Assembly (NCBI GenBank): GCA_963720545.1
Contig: OY970399.1
Coordinates: forward strand, 1,760,001-1,824,000
DNA length: 64,000 bases
From: an uncultured Acidobacteriota bacterium
Lineage (GTDB): Bacteria > Acidobacteriota > Vicinamibacteria > Fen-336
Direction of reading: 5' to 3'
Shown: in pieces, positions 9,344-19,258 of the stretch
Layout of the letters: the number at the start of each line of letters is the position of its first letter
Position numbering within the stretch: the first letter of the stretch is position 1
Notes under the pieces: generated by a model
Databases searched by the model: none
What the model saw: the letters and a program-made list of their open reading frames with translations, nothing else
What the model was told of the DNA's origin: nothing
Made by a program: the position numbers and the translations under genes

Positions 9344-10474
9344 TTACTTTGTTGCGGACTTGTAGCGCGCGACGATCTCGCGGACCTTGTCGATCGGCAG
9401 CGCCTCGACGGTGCGCTCGTGGCCCACCACCGTGGTTGCGCGCAGCATCGAGTTGGCGACCGCTTCCTCGGTGGCTTCGAGCACCGCCTGGAACAGCGGC
9501 GACGTCGCCTCCGGCGTCAGCGCGCCTTGCACGCGCGCCGCCACCGAGTTGTGGGCGGTGCGCATGGCCGGCGCGGTGGAGAACGCAACGGCATAGTCGC
9601 CGCTGCCGTTCGCGAAGGAAGACCCGGTGCGCGCCAGGCCCATCACCGCGCGCGCCGCGAGGCGCTCGAGATCGCGCGCATCGAGCGGCGCGTCGGTCGC
9701 GACCACGATCATGCACGAGCCTTTGGGCCCCTGCTTGTCGACTTCGAACTCGAGGCTTGGTCCAAGCTCGCGCCACAAGGGCACGTTGTCGAGCGTGAGC
9801 GTGCCGCCGAAGTTGGTCTGCACCAGCACGCCGAGCACGTAGCCGCCGAGGTGCCCCGGCAGCACCCGTGACGACGTGCCGATGCCACCCTTCCAGCCGA
9901 ACGCGACCGTGCCGGCGCCGGCGCCGACGCTGCCTTCGTCCACCGCTCCGTCCTTCGCGGCGGCGAGCGCCGCGAGCACGTCGTCACGCTTCACCGGCAG
10001 CGAGCGGATGTCGTTGAGCGCCCAGCCGTCGTTGGTTTCGCCCACCACCGCGTTCACCGAGCGGACGTTGTCGTTGCCCGGCTGGCGCAGGGTCCACTGC
10101 ACCACGGCCTCCATCGCGGTGCCGACCGCAAGCGTGTTGGTCAGCACGATCGGCGTCTCGATGGTGCCGAGCTCGCGCACCTGGCTGAGGCCGGCGAGCT
10201 TGCCGAAGCCGTTGCCGACGTAGATGGCGCCGGCGACCTTGTCCTGGAAGAGGTTGCCGCGGTGCGGCAGCACCGCGGTGACACCCGTGTGGATGTCCTT
10301 GCCGACGGCGAGTGTCTTCTGCCCCACCAGCACGCCGGCAACGTCGGTGATCGCGTTCAGAGCGCCGGTGGCGAACACGCCGGGCGCGATGCCCACCTCG
10401 CGGGCCCGCGGCCGGTTTCCGGTTTCAGTCGTGGTCATGAGGGTGGCCGCCGCAAGCAGGAGCGCCGGCTTCAT
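9344..10474 (-). CDS. P1/S58-family (DmpA-like) aminopeptidase
   Basis: NAITDVAGVLVG, GNGFGK, GETNDG, KGGIGTSSR, autoprocessing G-S in KGSCMIVVATDAPL, SGDY; ATG overlaps the S9 stop (ATGA). Confidence 0.88.
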   Translation of the reverse strand: MKPALLLAAATLMTTTETGNRPRAREVGIAPGVFATGALNAITDVAGVLVGQKTLAVGKDIHTGVTAVLPHRGNLFQDKVAGAIYVGNGFGKLAGLSQVRELGTIETPIVLTNTLAVGTAMEAVVQWTLRQPGNDNVRSVNAVVGETNDGWALNDIRSLPVKRDDVLAALAAAKDGAVDEGSVGAGAGTVAFGWKGGIGTSSRVLPGHLGGYVLGVLVQTNFGGTLTLDNVPLWRELGPSLEFEVDKQGPKGSCMIVVATDAPLDARDLERLAARAVMGLARTGSSFANGSGDYAVAFSTAPAMRTAHNSVAARVQGALTPEATSPLFQAVLEATEEAVANSMLRATTVVGHERTVEALPIDKVREIVARYKSATK

Positions 10475-12531
10475 TCCGCCGGCGCCTTCGCCCAGGTGTA
10501 GGTGCGGCCGCGGGCGTACTTCTCGAACCAGTCGAGCTCGACGTTGATCTTGAAGAGCCGGTGGCGCAGCTCGTCCCAGACGTGCGGTTCGCGCGGCGCG
10601 ATGTAGAGGTGCGTCGGCACGCCGTTCGACTTGAGTGCGCGGTGCATCTCGTACGACTGCGGCGGCGGCACCCGCACGTCGGCCTCGCCGACCAGGAAAA
10701 TGGTCGGGGTCTTCACCTTCGCGACGTCCTTGATCGGCGAGTGCTCCCAGAAGAGGTCGATGCGAGCGCCCTGCGACCACGGGGTGCCGAGGAACCACGG
10801 CTCGCGGTAGCTGCGGGTGTCGCTCTGGCCGAACATCGACAGCCAGTTGGCAGCGCCCGCGCCCGAGGACGCGGCCTTGAAGCGGTCGGTGAAGGTGATG
10901 ATCTTGTTGGTCATGTGGCCGCCGGCGCTCCAGCCCATCTTCACCAGGCGGTCGGGATCGGCGAGGCCGATGGCGATGGCCTTGTCGACGCCGGCCATGA
11001 CGTCGAGGTGCGACTGCTTGAAGTAGCCGCCCACCATGTCGCGCATGAAGGCGTCGCCGTAGCCGGTGCTGCCGCGGTAGTTCGGCTGCAGCACCGCGTA
11101 ACCCATGCCGGTCAGCACCTTCGCGTACTCCGACCAGTCGCCGAAGATCAGGCGGTCCGAGGAGCGCGGCCCGCCGTGGGTCTGTACCACCAGCGGATAG
11201 CGCTGTCCGGGAACGTAGTCGACGGGATAGTGCAGGACGCCGTCGACGGTGACGCCGTCCGCACCCTGCCACTCGAGCCGTTCCACCTTGCCGAGCTTGA
11301 AGTCGCGCGCGTATCGCTCCGACACATGCGTCACCTGGCGCGGCGCGGCGCTTGCCGTCGCTGCCGCCGGCTTGCCCGCCGGTGAAGCGACATCCAGCAT
11401 CCAGATCTCGCCGGGGTTGTCCGGCTGGTCTACCACGAGCGCGGCGCGGCCGAGCTTTGGCACGTACGACAATCCTGACAGCTCGTGGTCGCCCTTCGTC
11501 AGCTGGCGATACTTGCCGCTCGTGAGCTCGAGCACGAACAGCTCGTTGCGCACCCCCAGGTTGGCGCCGAGCAGCAGCGAACGCCCGTCGGCGGTGAACA
11601 CCGCCCGGTCGATGGCATACGGAAAGTTCGGCGCCGCCACCCGCGGCGTGCCGCCCTGCGCCGGCACCAGGAACGCGCGGTTCGCGTAGTACGGCGCGAA
11701 CTTGTCGTTGGCGCCGCTGGTGAAGACCACCTGGCTGTTGTCGGGCGAAAGCGACGGAAACGACTCGTCCACCTTGTTGTCGGTGAGCCGCAGCGCGTTC
11801 CTGCCGTCCACGTCCATCACCCACACCTCGGCGCGGTCGTTGTCGCCGAAGCGCGGGCTCGGTGCGCGCAGCAGCGCGATGCGCCGGCCGTCCTGCGAGA
11901 TGCTGTACTGCAGGACCGTGTAGTCGCCGCTCGTCACCTGCTCTTCCTTCTGGCCTGGCTCAAGGCCCTGGCGCCACAGGTGAACCTGCTTTTCCTCTTC
12001 ATCGAGGGCGAAGACGTCGTCCTTGGCCTTCTTCTTCGCGGCTTCCTCGGCGCTCTCCTTGTCGGCGGCGAGAAACAGGACGGCGTTGCCGTCGCGGGAC
12101 CATTGCGGGTTCGAGACGCCGGTCGAGTGGTGCGTCAGCGCCAGCGCCTCGCCGCCGTCCTTCGGCATCACGTAGGCCTGGTTGCGCTCCTCGCCGGGCC
12201 GTTTGGTGGTGAACAGGAAGCGGCTGCCGTCGGGCGACCAGCGCGGGCTCGATTCGCCGTTGGCGCCGGAAGTGAACTGGCGCCCGCCGCTGCCGTCGGC
12301 GCGCACGCGATGGATGTGCCGGATCCGCTTGTTCTCCTTCCAGTCGGCGACGCTCACGGTATAGAGGATCTCGGCGCCGTCGGGCGAAAGTTGCGGGTCG
12401 CCGAGCTCCGGCACCTCGAGCATGTCGATCACGGTCATGGGCTTGCGCTCGGCCGGCGCGGCAATGGCAGGCGTGACGCACGCGGCGGTCAGCAGGAAGG
12501 CGGATGCGACGCAGCGGGCAGGTGTCAGCAC
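10471..12531 (-). CDS. Exported S9-family (prolyl oligopeptidase/acylaminoacyl peptidase) serine peptidase
   Basis: Signal peptide, PD40/SPDG propeller repeats, HGGP, NYRGSTGYG, GWSAGG nucleophile, DVRVP, EPH. Confidence 0.92.
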   Translation of the reverse strand: MLTPARCVASAFLLTAACVTPAIAAPAERKPMTVIDMLEVPELGDPQLSPDGAEILYTVSVADWKENKRIRHIHRVRADGSGGRQFTSGANGESSPRWSPDGSRFLFTTKRPGEERNQAYVMPKDGGEALALTHHSTGVSNPQWSRDGNAVLFLAADKESAEEAAKKKAKDDVFALDEEEKQVHLWRQGLEPGQKEEQVTSGDYTVLQYSISQDGRRIALLRAPSPRFGDNDRAEVWVMDVDGRNALRLTDNKVDESFPSLSPDNSQVVFTSGANDKFAPYYANRAFLVPAQGGTPRVAAPNFPYAIDRAVFTADGRSLLLGANLGVRNELFVLELTSGKYRQLTKGDHELSGLSYVPKLGRAALVVDQPDNPGEIWMLDVASPAGKPAAATASAAPRQVTHVSERYARDFKLGKVERLEWQGADGVTVDGVLHYPVDYVPGQRYPLVVQTHGGPRSSDRLIFGDWSEYAKVLTGMGYAVLQPNYRGSTGYGDAFMRDMVGGYFKQSHLDVMAGVDKAIAIGLADPDRLVKMGWSAGGHMTNKIITFTDRFKAASSGAGAANWLSMFGQSDTRSYREPWFLGTPWSQGARIDLFWEHSPIKDVAKVKTPTIFLVGEADVRVPPPQSYEMHRALKSNGVPTHLYIAPREPHVWDELRHRLFKINVELDWFEKYARGRTYTWAKAPAE

Positions 12532-12533
12532 GG

Positions 12534-12550
12534 GCGAGATACTATCTCGC
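12534..12550. promoter_or_regulatory. Perfect 8-1-8 palindrome GCGAGATA-C-TATCTCGC overlapping a minus-strand -10 (TAGTAT, 12544-12539); candidate operator for the S9 peptidase genes
   Basis: Read directly, just upstream of the GTG at 12531. Confidence 0.5.
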
Positions 12551-12585
12551 TTGCCAAGACGTGGCGACGCGTGCCGCAGCGCGTC

Positions 12586-13125
12586 TCAGTACTTGAGACG
12601 GAGAAGACGCGGGGCCTGCCCCGCTTGCGGCACCAGCACGAACAGGTTGTCGTACTCGTCGTCGTCCAGTTCGAATTCGCCGGGGTTGCCGAAAGCGTGC
12701 GCAATCCGACCCACCGTGTTGCTGTGGCCGACGTAAAGCACCACGTCATCGGGATGCTCCGCGCGCATGTTGGCGACGGTCGCCGCCACCTCCTTCGCGT
12801 CCATCGTGATGGGCGTGAGCTTCAGGGCGGCGGCGAGTGGCGCCGCCGTCAGGCTGGTCCTGCGGTACTGGGTGACGTAGATCGCCTTGATGTTTGCGGC
12901 CGCAAGGTGCCGGGCGAGGGTGGCAGCGCGTTCAATGCCTTGCGCCGACAGGACCGGATCGTCGGCCTGGTCGTCGGCTTTCTCGGCGTGACGCACCAGG
13001 ATGACCGCCTGCTGGGCACGCGCCTCGCCCGCGGCGGCCAGGAGCAACACAGCCGCGATTGCGCGCAGCAAGGGCCGGGCGCAACGCATCGGGTTCCGGT
13101 TCCGCTGGTTCTCCTCCGGGATCAT
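12586..13125 (-). CDS. Exported histidine phosphatase (phosphoglycerate mutase/SixA-like)
   Basis: VILVRHAEK, LSAQGIERA, VGHSNT; signal peptide; ATG at 13125 overlaps the RND stop (alternative start 13089). Confidence 0.82.
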   Translation of the reverse strand: MIPEENQRNRNPMRCARPLLRAIAAVLLLAAAGEARAQQAVILVRHAEKADDQADDPVLSAQGIERAATLARHLAAANIKAIYVTQYRRTSLTAAPLAAALKLTPITMDAKEVAATVANMRAEHPDDVVLYVGHSNTVGRIAHAFGNPGEFELDDDEYDNLFVLVPQAGQAPRLLRLKY

Positions 13126-16100
13126 GTGGGATCGACGACGAGGGCGCGGCGCTTGCGGCGCCCGGCCCAGGAAGCGACCGCGTCGTCGATCAGGCTGTAG
13201 GCCGACGGCACCACGAACAGCGAGATCAGGGTCGAGACCGTGATGCCGCCAACCAGGGCGATCGCCATGGGCCGCTGCAGCTCGGCGCCGGGGCCGATGG
13301 CAAGCGCCGGCGGCAGGGCGCCGGCGATGGTCGCGATCGAGGTCATGAGGATCGGCCGCAGCCGCACCGGGCACGCCTGCAGCAGCGCGTCGTTCGCGCC
13401 GAGCCCCTTCGCGCGGAACTGGTTGGTGAAGTCCACCAGGAGGATGGAGTTTTTCTTCGCCAGGCCCATCAACAATATCAGCCCGAGGAAGCTGTACATG
13501 TTGATCGACTGGCCGAACACCCACAGCGCCACGATCGCGCCGCTGAAGCTGAACGGCAGCGCCAGCAGCACCGTGAAGGGGTGGGTGAAGGCGTTGAACT
13601 GGGTCGCGAGCACCATGTAGGCGACGATGATGCCGAGCGTCATCGCGAAGCCGAGCGAGCTGAACGACTCGGCGAAGGTCTGGCTGGTGCCCGAGGGCAG
13701 CGCGCGGTAGCCATCGGGCAGCGCGCGCTGCGCGAGCGCCACGGTTTCCTCGATCGCGTCCTGCTGCGAGGCGCCCGGCGCCACGTTCGCGAACAGCGTG
13801 ATGGCGCGCTCGCGGTCGCGGCGCGTGATGGCCTGCAGGCTCGGCCGCTGCTCGATGCGCACCAGGTCGCCGAGGCGCACCAGCTCGCCGTTGCCGGCGC
13901 GCACCAGCAGCCGCTCGATGTCTTCGGGGCGGGTGCGCTGCGGCGCCAGCAGGCGCACGCGGATGTCGAAGCGCCGGCCCTTGTCCTTGAACTTGCCGAC
14001 GCGCTCGCCGCCGATCGCCGAGTTGATGGTCTGGCCGATGGTTTCCATGCTGACGCCCACGTCCGCGGCCTTGTCGCGGTTGGGGATCACCTGTACTTCC
14101 GGCATGCCGACCTGGTAGTCGCTGTCGATGTCGATCACCTTCCCGGTGTCGCGCATCTGGTCCATGATGATGTGCGACTTCTCGGCGAGCGTGTCCCAGT
14201 CTGGGCCGCGGATCGAGACCTCCACCGGGAAGCCGCGGCCCGAGCTGAACCCCTGCTGCGACGGGTCGAGGATGGCGCCGCGCGCGCCGGGGATGGCGTT
14301 CACCTGCGTGCGCACGATGTTCATGAACTCCGCCTGCGACAGCCGGTGGCCGGCCTTCGGGTCGCGCGGCCGGTCGCCCGGATCTTTCATGGTGACGAAC
14401 AGGAAGCCGCTGTTCACCTGGCTGCTGCCGCCACCGCCGCCGCCGCCCACCGCGCCGAAGAAGCGGTCCACCTCCGGGCGGTCCTGCAGGATCTTCTCGA
14501 TCGCCGCGAAGGCGCGGTCGGTGGCGTCGAGGCTGGTGCCGACCGGGGTCTGGAAACGGATCTGGAAGCGGCTCGAATCCTGCTGCGGCACGAACTCGCG
14601 CGGCAGGACCCCGCTGAACCAGAACGCGACCGACAGCGCAAACAGCGCCGCGGCGCCGGCGAGGATGACGGCGCGGTGGTGCAGGGTCGGCACCAGCAGC
14701 TGCGCGTAGCGCGCCGCCACCCGCTCGAACGCGCGGTCGACCGCGGTGCCCAGCCGGCCGCGCTTCGCCTCCAGCTCGAGGAAGCGCGACAGCCGCATCG
14801 GGGTGAGGGTCAGCGCCTCCAGCAACGACAGCAGCACCGCCACCGAGATGGTCACGCCGAACTGGAAGAAGTACTTGCCGACGATGCCCTTCATGAACGC
14901 CACCGGCAGGAAGATGGCGATGATGGCCGCGGTGGCCGCGGCCGCGGCGAAGGTGATCTCGCGCGCGCCGACCGACGCCGCCTGCACCTTGCCCGCGCCG
15001 TGCTCGCGGTGGCGATAGATGTTCTCGAGCACCATGATCGCGTCGTCGACGACGATGCCGACGATCAGCGTCAGCCCCAGCACCGTGAAGGTGTTGAGCG
15101 TGAAGCCGAGGAAGTACATGACGATGAAGGTGCCGAGGATCGAGGTGGGTATCGCGAGCAGGACGTTGAGCGTCGAGGACCACGACCCGAGGAACAGCCA
15201 GCAGACGAGGCCGGTGAGCAGCGAGGCCAGCACCAGCGTGAAGAGGATCTCGTTGATCGAGTGCTCGATGAAGGTGGTGCTGTCGAAGTTGACGCTCAGG
15301 TCGACGCCCTCCGGCAGGTCCGGGCGCAGTTGCTCGATGCGGTTCTTGATGAGGTGGCCCACCTCGACCGCGTTGGCGCCGCGCAGTTTGCGCATGCCGA
15401 AGCCGATCGAGGTGTTGCCCATGGTGCGGGCGATGCGGCGGCGGTCCTCGAGCCCGTCCTCCACGACCGCCACGTCCTTGAGCCGCACCGGCGTGCCGCT
15501 GCGGAACGCGAGCACCAGGTTGGCGAAGGCGGTGAGGTCGACGGCCTCGCCCTCGGCGCGCACGTTCATCTCGCGCTCGGCGCTTTCGATGCGGCCGGCG
15601 GGCATCTCGAGGTGCTCGCGGAGGATGGCGTCGTTCACGTCCTGCACCGTGAGGCCCTGCGCCTCGAGGCGCGGCGCGTCGTACCAGACGCGGATGTTGC
15701 GCTCGCGGTAACCGCCGAGGTTGATCTCGCCGACACCGGGAAGCGTCTGGAACGCGGGCCGCAGCACGTTGCGCACGTAGTCGGCGAGGAAGGTCGGCGA
15801 GCGCGAACCCGAGAGCGACAGCCACATGATCGGCTGGTCCTCGGGGTTGCTCTTGCTGATGATCGGCGGGTCGATCTCGCGCGGCAGCCGGCGCGCCGCC
15901 TGCGCCACCCGCGTCTGCACGTCCTGCAGGGCTGCGTCGATGTTGCGGTTCAGCTCGAACTCGACGGTGACGTCGCAGCTGCCCTGCCGCGAGGTGGAGC
16001 GGATCTCCTTCACCCCTTCGATCGAGGTGAGCGAGTCCTCGACGAAGTCGGCGACGTCCGACTCCATCACCTCGGGCGACGCGCCCTCATACGTAATGGA

Positions 16101-16307
16101 GACGTTCACCACCGGGAAGTCGACGTCGGGGTTCTGGCTGACTCCGAGGCCGGGCATGACCTCGCCCCAGCCCTTGAACACCAGCAGCCCGAAGCCGATC
16201 AGCGCGAACATCAGGATCCAGGCGAACACGTGGTTGCGGATGGAGATGTCCGCAAGCGTCATGCCGGTCGCGATCTGCTTCGGGTCTTCCTTTTCTTCTT
16301 GCGTCAC
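13122..16307 (-). CDS. RND (AcrB/AcrD/AcrF family) efflux permease
   Basis: 1061 aa; GIVVDDAIMVLENI, KNSILLVDF, RLRPILMTS; two TM bundles. Confidence 0.95.
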   Translation of the reverse strand: MTQEEKEDPKQIATGMTLADISIRNHVFAWILMFALIGFGLLVFKGWGEVMPGLGVSQNPDVDFPVVNVSITYEGASPEVMESDVADFVEDSLTSIEGVKEIRSTSRQGSCDVTVEFELNRNIDAALQDVQTRVAQAARRLPREIDPPIISKSNPEDQPIMWLSLSGSRSPTFLADYVRNVLRPAFQTLPGVGEINLGGYRERNIRVWYDAPRLEAQGLTVQDVNDAILREHLEMPAGRIESAEREMNVRAEGEAVDLTAFANLVLAFRSGTPVRLKDVAVVEDGLEDRRRIARTMGNTSIGFGMRKLRGANAVEVGHLIKNRIEQLRPDLPEGVDLSVNFDSTTFIEHSINEILFTLVLASLLTGLVCWLFLGSWSSTLNVLLAIPTSILGTFIVMYFLGFTLNTFTVLGLTLIVGIVVDDAIMVLENIYRHREHGAGKVQAASVGAREITFAAAAATAAIIAIFLPVAFMKGIVGKYFFQFGVTISVAVLLSLLEALTLTPMRLSRFLELEAKRGRLGTAVDRAFERVAARYAQLLVPTLHHRAVILAGAAALFALSVAFWFSGVLPREFVPQQDSSRFQIRFQTPVGTSLDATDRAFAAIEKILQDRPEVDRFFGAVGGGGGGGSSQVNSGFLFVTMKDPGDRPRDPKAGHRLSQAEFMNIVRTQVNAIPGARGAILDPSQQGFSSGRGFPVEVSIRGPDWDTLAEKSHIIMDQMRDTGKVIDIDSDYQVGMPEVQVIPNRDKAADVGVSMETIGQTINSAIGGERVGKFKDKGRRFDIRVRLLAPQRTRPEDIERLLVRAGNGELVRLGDLVRIEQRPSLQAITRRDRERAITLFANVAPGASQQDAIEETVALAQRALPDGYRALPSGTSQTFAESFSSLGFAMTLGIIVAYMVLATQFNAFTHPFTVLLALPFSFSGAIVALWVFGQSINMYSFLGLILLMGLAKKNSILLVDFTNQFRAKGLGANDALLQACPVRLRPILMTSIATIAGALPPALAIGPGAELQRPMAIALVGGITVSTLISLFVVPSAYSLIDDAVASWAGRRKRRALVVDPT

Positions 16308-17446
16308 TGTGCCGCCCGCGCGCCGTCGGGGCTGGGTCCGGCGCCCGCCTCCTGCACGGCCATGCCGTCGGTGAGCCGGTCGGAGCCTTCGGTGACCACG
16401 GTCTCGCCGCCCTTGATGCCGGAAACGATCTCGACGATTCCCTCCTGCGTGCGCAGGCCGATTTCAACCGGCCGCAGCTTCGCCTTGCCCGCCGCGACCG
16501 AATACACGACGAAACCCTTCTCGCTCGCCTGGATCGCGCCTTCGGGCACGACCGTCGCGTTCTTGTGCGTCTCGGTCGCGAGGTTCACCTCGGCGAAGAA
16601 GCCGGGCTTCAACTCGCCGGGGTTCTTCACCCAGGCGAGCACCTCCACCTGGCGGGTGGCGGCGTCGGCGACGTCGCTGACGTGGTACACGCGCGCATCG
16701 AAGACTTTCGGGCCGAGCGGGCCGACCTTGAAGCGCACGGTGTCGCCCTCTTTGGTGCGCAGCGACTCGCCCTCGCCGATCTTGAAGCGCAGCCGCAAGC
16801 GGCTGGTGTCGACCAGCGTCGCGAGCACCGCGCCGATCTGGACGAACTGCCCGGTCTCGACCGTCTTGGAATTGATCATGCCGGCGCGCGAGGGACGCAC
16901 GCTGGCGCGGCGCTGGTTCTGCGCGGCGAGGTCGCTTGCTGCCTTGTTCGCCTGTGCGTCCGCCTCGAGGCGCTGCGCATCGGCGCGCGCCGTGTTCAGT
17001 TCCTCGGCCGCGACCAGCTGTTCCTTCGCCAGCTCCTCGCGGCGGCGCAGGTCGGAGGCGGCGCGCGAGGCATCGGCGACGGAGCGCCGCCAGGTGGCGT
17101 CGGCGCGCTCGGCTTCGAGGCGATAGCGGTTGGGATCGATCTGCACCAGAACCGTGCCCGGACCCACACGGTCGCCCTCGTTGAAGCGAACCTGGCCCAC
17201 GGCGCCGGCGACCTCGGCGGTCACCTGCACCAGTTCCTCGGGCTCGAGCGAGCCGACCGCCTTGACGTCGTAGGTGACGTCGCGAACCGCGACCGCAGCG
17301 GTGCGCACGCGCAGGGCGCGGGATGCCGCCGCGGAGCCGTTGGCAGCCGGCTTGCCGCCGGCGCCCTTGCAGCCGGAGGACAGCGCGGCCGCCGCGGTGC
17401 AGAGCGCCAGAAGCAGCCTCGCAACAACCATTGCACCGTTATTCAT
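16304..17446 (-). CDS. RND periplasmic adaptor (membrane fusion protein), probable lipoprotein
   Basis: Lipobox LSSGC, lipoyl half-motifs EVAGAV..EGDRV, coiled-coil hairpin, LKPGFF; GTGA overlap with the permease. Confidence 0.9.
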   Translation of the reverse strand: MNNGAMVVARLLLALCTAAAALSSGCKGAGGKPAANGSAAASRALRVRTAAVAVRDVTYDVKAVGSLEPEELVQVTAEVAGAVGQVRFNEGDRVGPGTVLVQIDPNRYRLEAERADATWRRSVADASRAASDLRRREELAKEQLVAAEELNTARADAQRLEADAQANKAASDLAAQNQRRASVRPSRAGMINSKTVETGQFVQIGAVLATLVDTSRLRLRFKIGEGESLRTKEGDTVRFKVGPLGPKVFDARVYHVSDVADAATRQVEVLAWVKNPGELKPGFFAEVNLATETHKNATVVPEGAIQASEKGFVVYSVAAGKAKLRPVEIGLRTQEGIVEIVSGIKGGETVVTEGSDRLTDGMAVQEAGAGPSPDGARAAQ

Positions 17447-17588
17447 GATTCATTGAGTTTCGAAAGAACGTTAAGCGAGACCCCCGCGGTGCACCAAGGC
17501 GCGAGGGCACAGCTCGCGTTAAACGTTGTGGCCACAGTGTCTTAGGCTCTCATATACTCGTCGCAAGCTTCAGGATGGAGGCATTCTC

Positions 17589-18023
17589 GTGTCGCCAACG
17601 CTACGGTCGCACTTTTCCGATTACGCCTCCTTTCATCGCACTGCCGGCAACCAGGCGTGCCATGCGGTGGGCATTCCGCTGATCGTGCTGTCGCTGTTCG
17701 CGATGATGACGGGCGCCACCCTCGGCACCGTCGCGGGCTACCCCTTGTCGCTCGCGGAGGTGGTGCTGGTGCTCGTCACGCTCTACTACCTGACGCTCGA
17801 CGCCGTGCTCGCGGCCGCCATGCTCGCCGCCTCGGTCCTGATGATCGTCGTCGGCCGCCGGATCCCCTTCTGGTGGGCCCTCGGCCTGTTCGCGGTCGGG
17901 TGGGCGTTCCAGTTCGTCGGCCACTACCGCTACGAGAAAAAGTCGCCGGCCTTCTACAAGAACCTCACGCACCTGTTGGTGGGGCCGCTCTGGATCCTGG
18001 CGAAGGCCGTCGGGCGCGCATGA
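17589..18023 (+). CDS. DUF962/Mpo1-like membrane protein
   Basis: HRTAGNQACHAVGIP, QFVGHYRYEKKSPAF, LLVGPLW; GGAGG RBS at 17577-17581 before the GTG. Confidence 0.85.
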   Translation: MSPTLRSHFSDYASFHRTAGNQACHAVGIPLIVLSLFAMMTGATLGTVAGYPLSLAEVVLVLVTLYYLTLDAVLAAAMLAASVLMIVVGRRIPFWWALGLFAVGWAFQFVGHYRYEKKSPAFYKNLTHLLVGPLWILAKAVGRA

Positions 18024-19258
18024 GGATGCGCAAGCGTGCGTGGGCGCACGCGACGCTCCTGCTCGCCGCGGCGCTGCTGCCGAGGTGCAGCAGCGACAGT
18101 GACGACGGCACCAGCAACCCCTCCCCATCGCCCTCCGCTCCCGGTGCCTGCACCGCTGGCACGCCCGTGCCGGGCACGCCCGAACTCACGCTCACCCCCG
18201 TCGCATCGGGGCTCAGGCTGCCGCTCGACCTGCAGGCCCCGCGTGGCGACGCAACGCGCCTCTTCGTCGTGGAGCAGGGCGGCAAGATCAAGATCATCCG
18301 CGGGGGCGCGGTGCTCGCGACGCCTTTCATGGACATCGGCGACCGCACCACTCCCCCCGGCGGCGAGCTCGGACTGCTTGGCCTTGCCTTCCATCCGCAA
18401 TACACGCAGAACGGCCGCTTCTACGTGAACTACACGAATCGCGACAACAACACCACGATCAGCGAGTTCCGGGCCGCGAGCGGCACCGCCGACACCGCCG
18501 ACCCTGCGAGCGAACGCAAGCTGGTGTTCGTGGCGCAGCCGTTCGGAAACCACAAAGGCGGCGGCCTGGCGTTCGGCTCGGACGGCTACCTTTATATAGG
18601 ACTGGGCGACGGCGGTTCGGCCGGCGATCCGCAGGAGAACGCGCAAAACCTCGGCCGCGCCCTCGGCAAGATGCTGCGCATCGACGTCAATAGCGGCAAT
18701 CCGTACGCGGTCCCTGTCAGCAACCCGTTCGTTGGCACGAGCGGCGCCGTGCCGGAAGTGTGGGCCTACGGGCTGCGCAACCCGTTCCGCTTCTCGTTCG
18801 ACCGCGCGAGCGGCGACTTGTTCATCGGCGACGTCGGCCAGGGCGAGGTCGAGGAAGTGGACGTCGGCGCCCGCACCCGCGGCGGCGGCGAGAACTACGG
18901 CTGGAACATCACCGAAGGCAACCAGTGCTTCGAGCCCCGGTCGGGATGCAACACCGCGGGCCTCACCCCGCCGGTCGTCACCTATAACCACGACCTCGGC
19001 TGTTCGGTGACCGGCGGCTACGTGTACCGCGGCTGCCGCATGCCAGGCTACGCGGGCACCTATTTCTACGGCGACTTCTGCAGCGGGCTCATCCGCTCTT
19101 TCCGGCTGGTGGGCGGCGCCGCCACCGAACAGCGCGACTGGTCCTCGGCGCTTGCCAGCGGCCGCTTCCAGATCTCGAGCTTCGGCGCGGACAGCGACGG
19201 CGAGATCTACGTCATCGATTACGGCGGCCAGGTGCTGAGGCTTTCGCCCGCCAGCTAG
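18020..19258 (+). CDS. PQQ-dependent sugar (glucose/sorbosone) dehydrogenase-family protein, probable lipoprotein
   Basis: [46 protein letters not shown] overlap with DUF962. Confidence 0.9.
   Translation: MRMRKRAWAHATLLLAAALLPRCSSDSDDGTSNPSPSPSAPGACTAGTPVPGTPELTLTPVASGLRLPLDLQAPRGDATRLFVVEQGGKIKIIRGGAVLATPFMDIGDRTTPPGGELGLLGLAFHPQYTQNGRFYVNYTNRDNNTTISEFRAASGTADTADPASERKLVFVAQPFGNHKGGGLAFGSDGYLYIGLGDGGSAGDPQENAQNLGRALGKMLRIDVNSGNPYAVPVSNPFVGTSGAVPEVWAYGLRNPFRFSFDRASGDLFIGDVGQGEVEEVDVGARTRGGGENYGWNITEGNQCFEPRSGCNTAGLTPPVVTYNHDLGCSVTGGYVYRGCRMPGYAGTYFYGDFCSGLIRSFRLVGGAATEQRDWSSALASGRFQISSFGADSDGEIYVIDYGGQVLRLSPAS

Noticed and set aside
9344..11824. Apparent 826-aa ORF, and other N-terminally over-extended ORFs (12586-15825, 53599-56232, 35240-37270, 49272-51599, 28246-30309)
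   Set aside because: The real genes occupy only the 3' portions. The extensions run through neighbouring genes in other frames and are not fusions.
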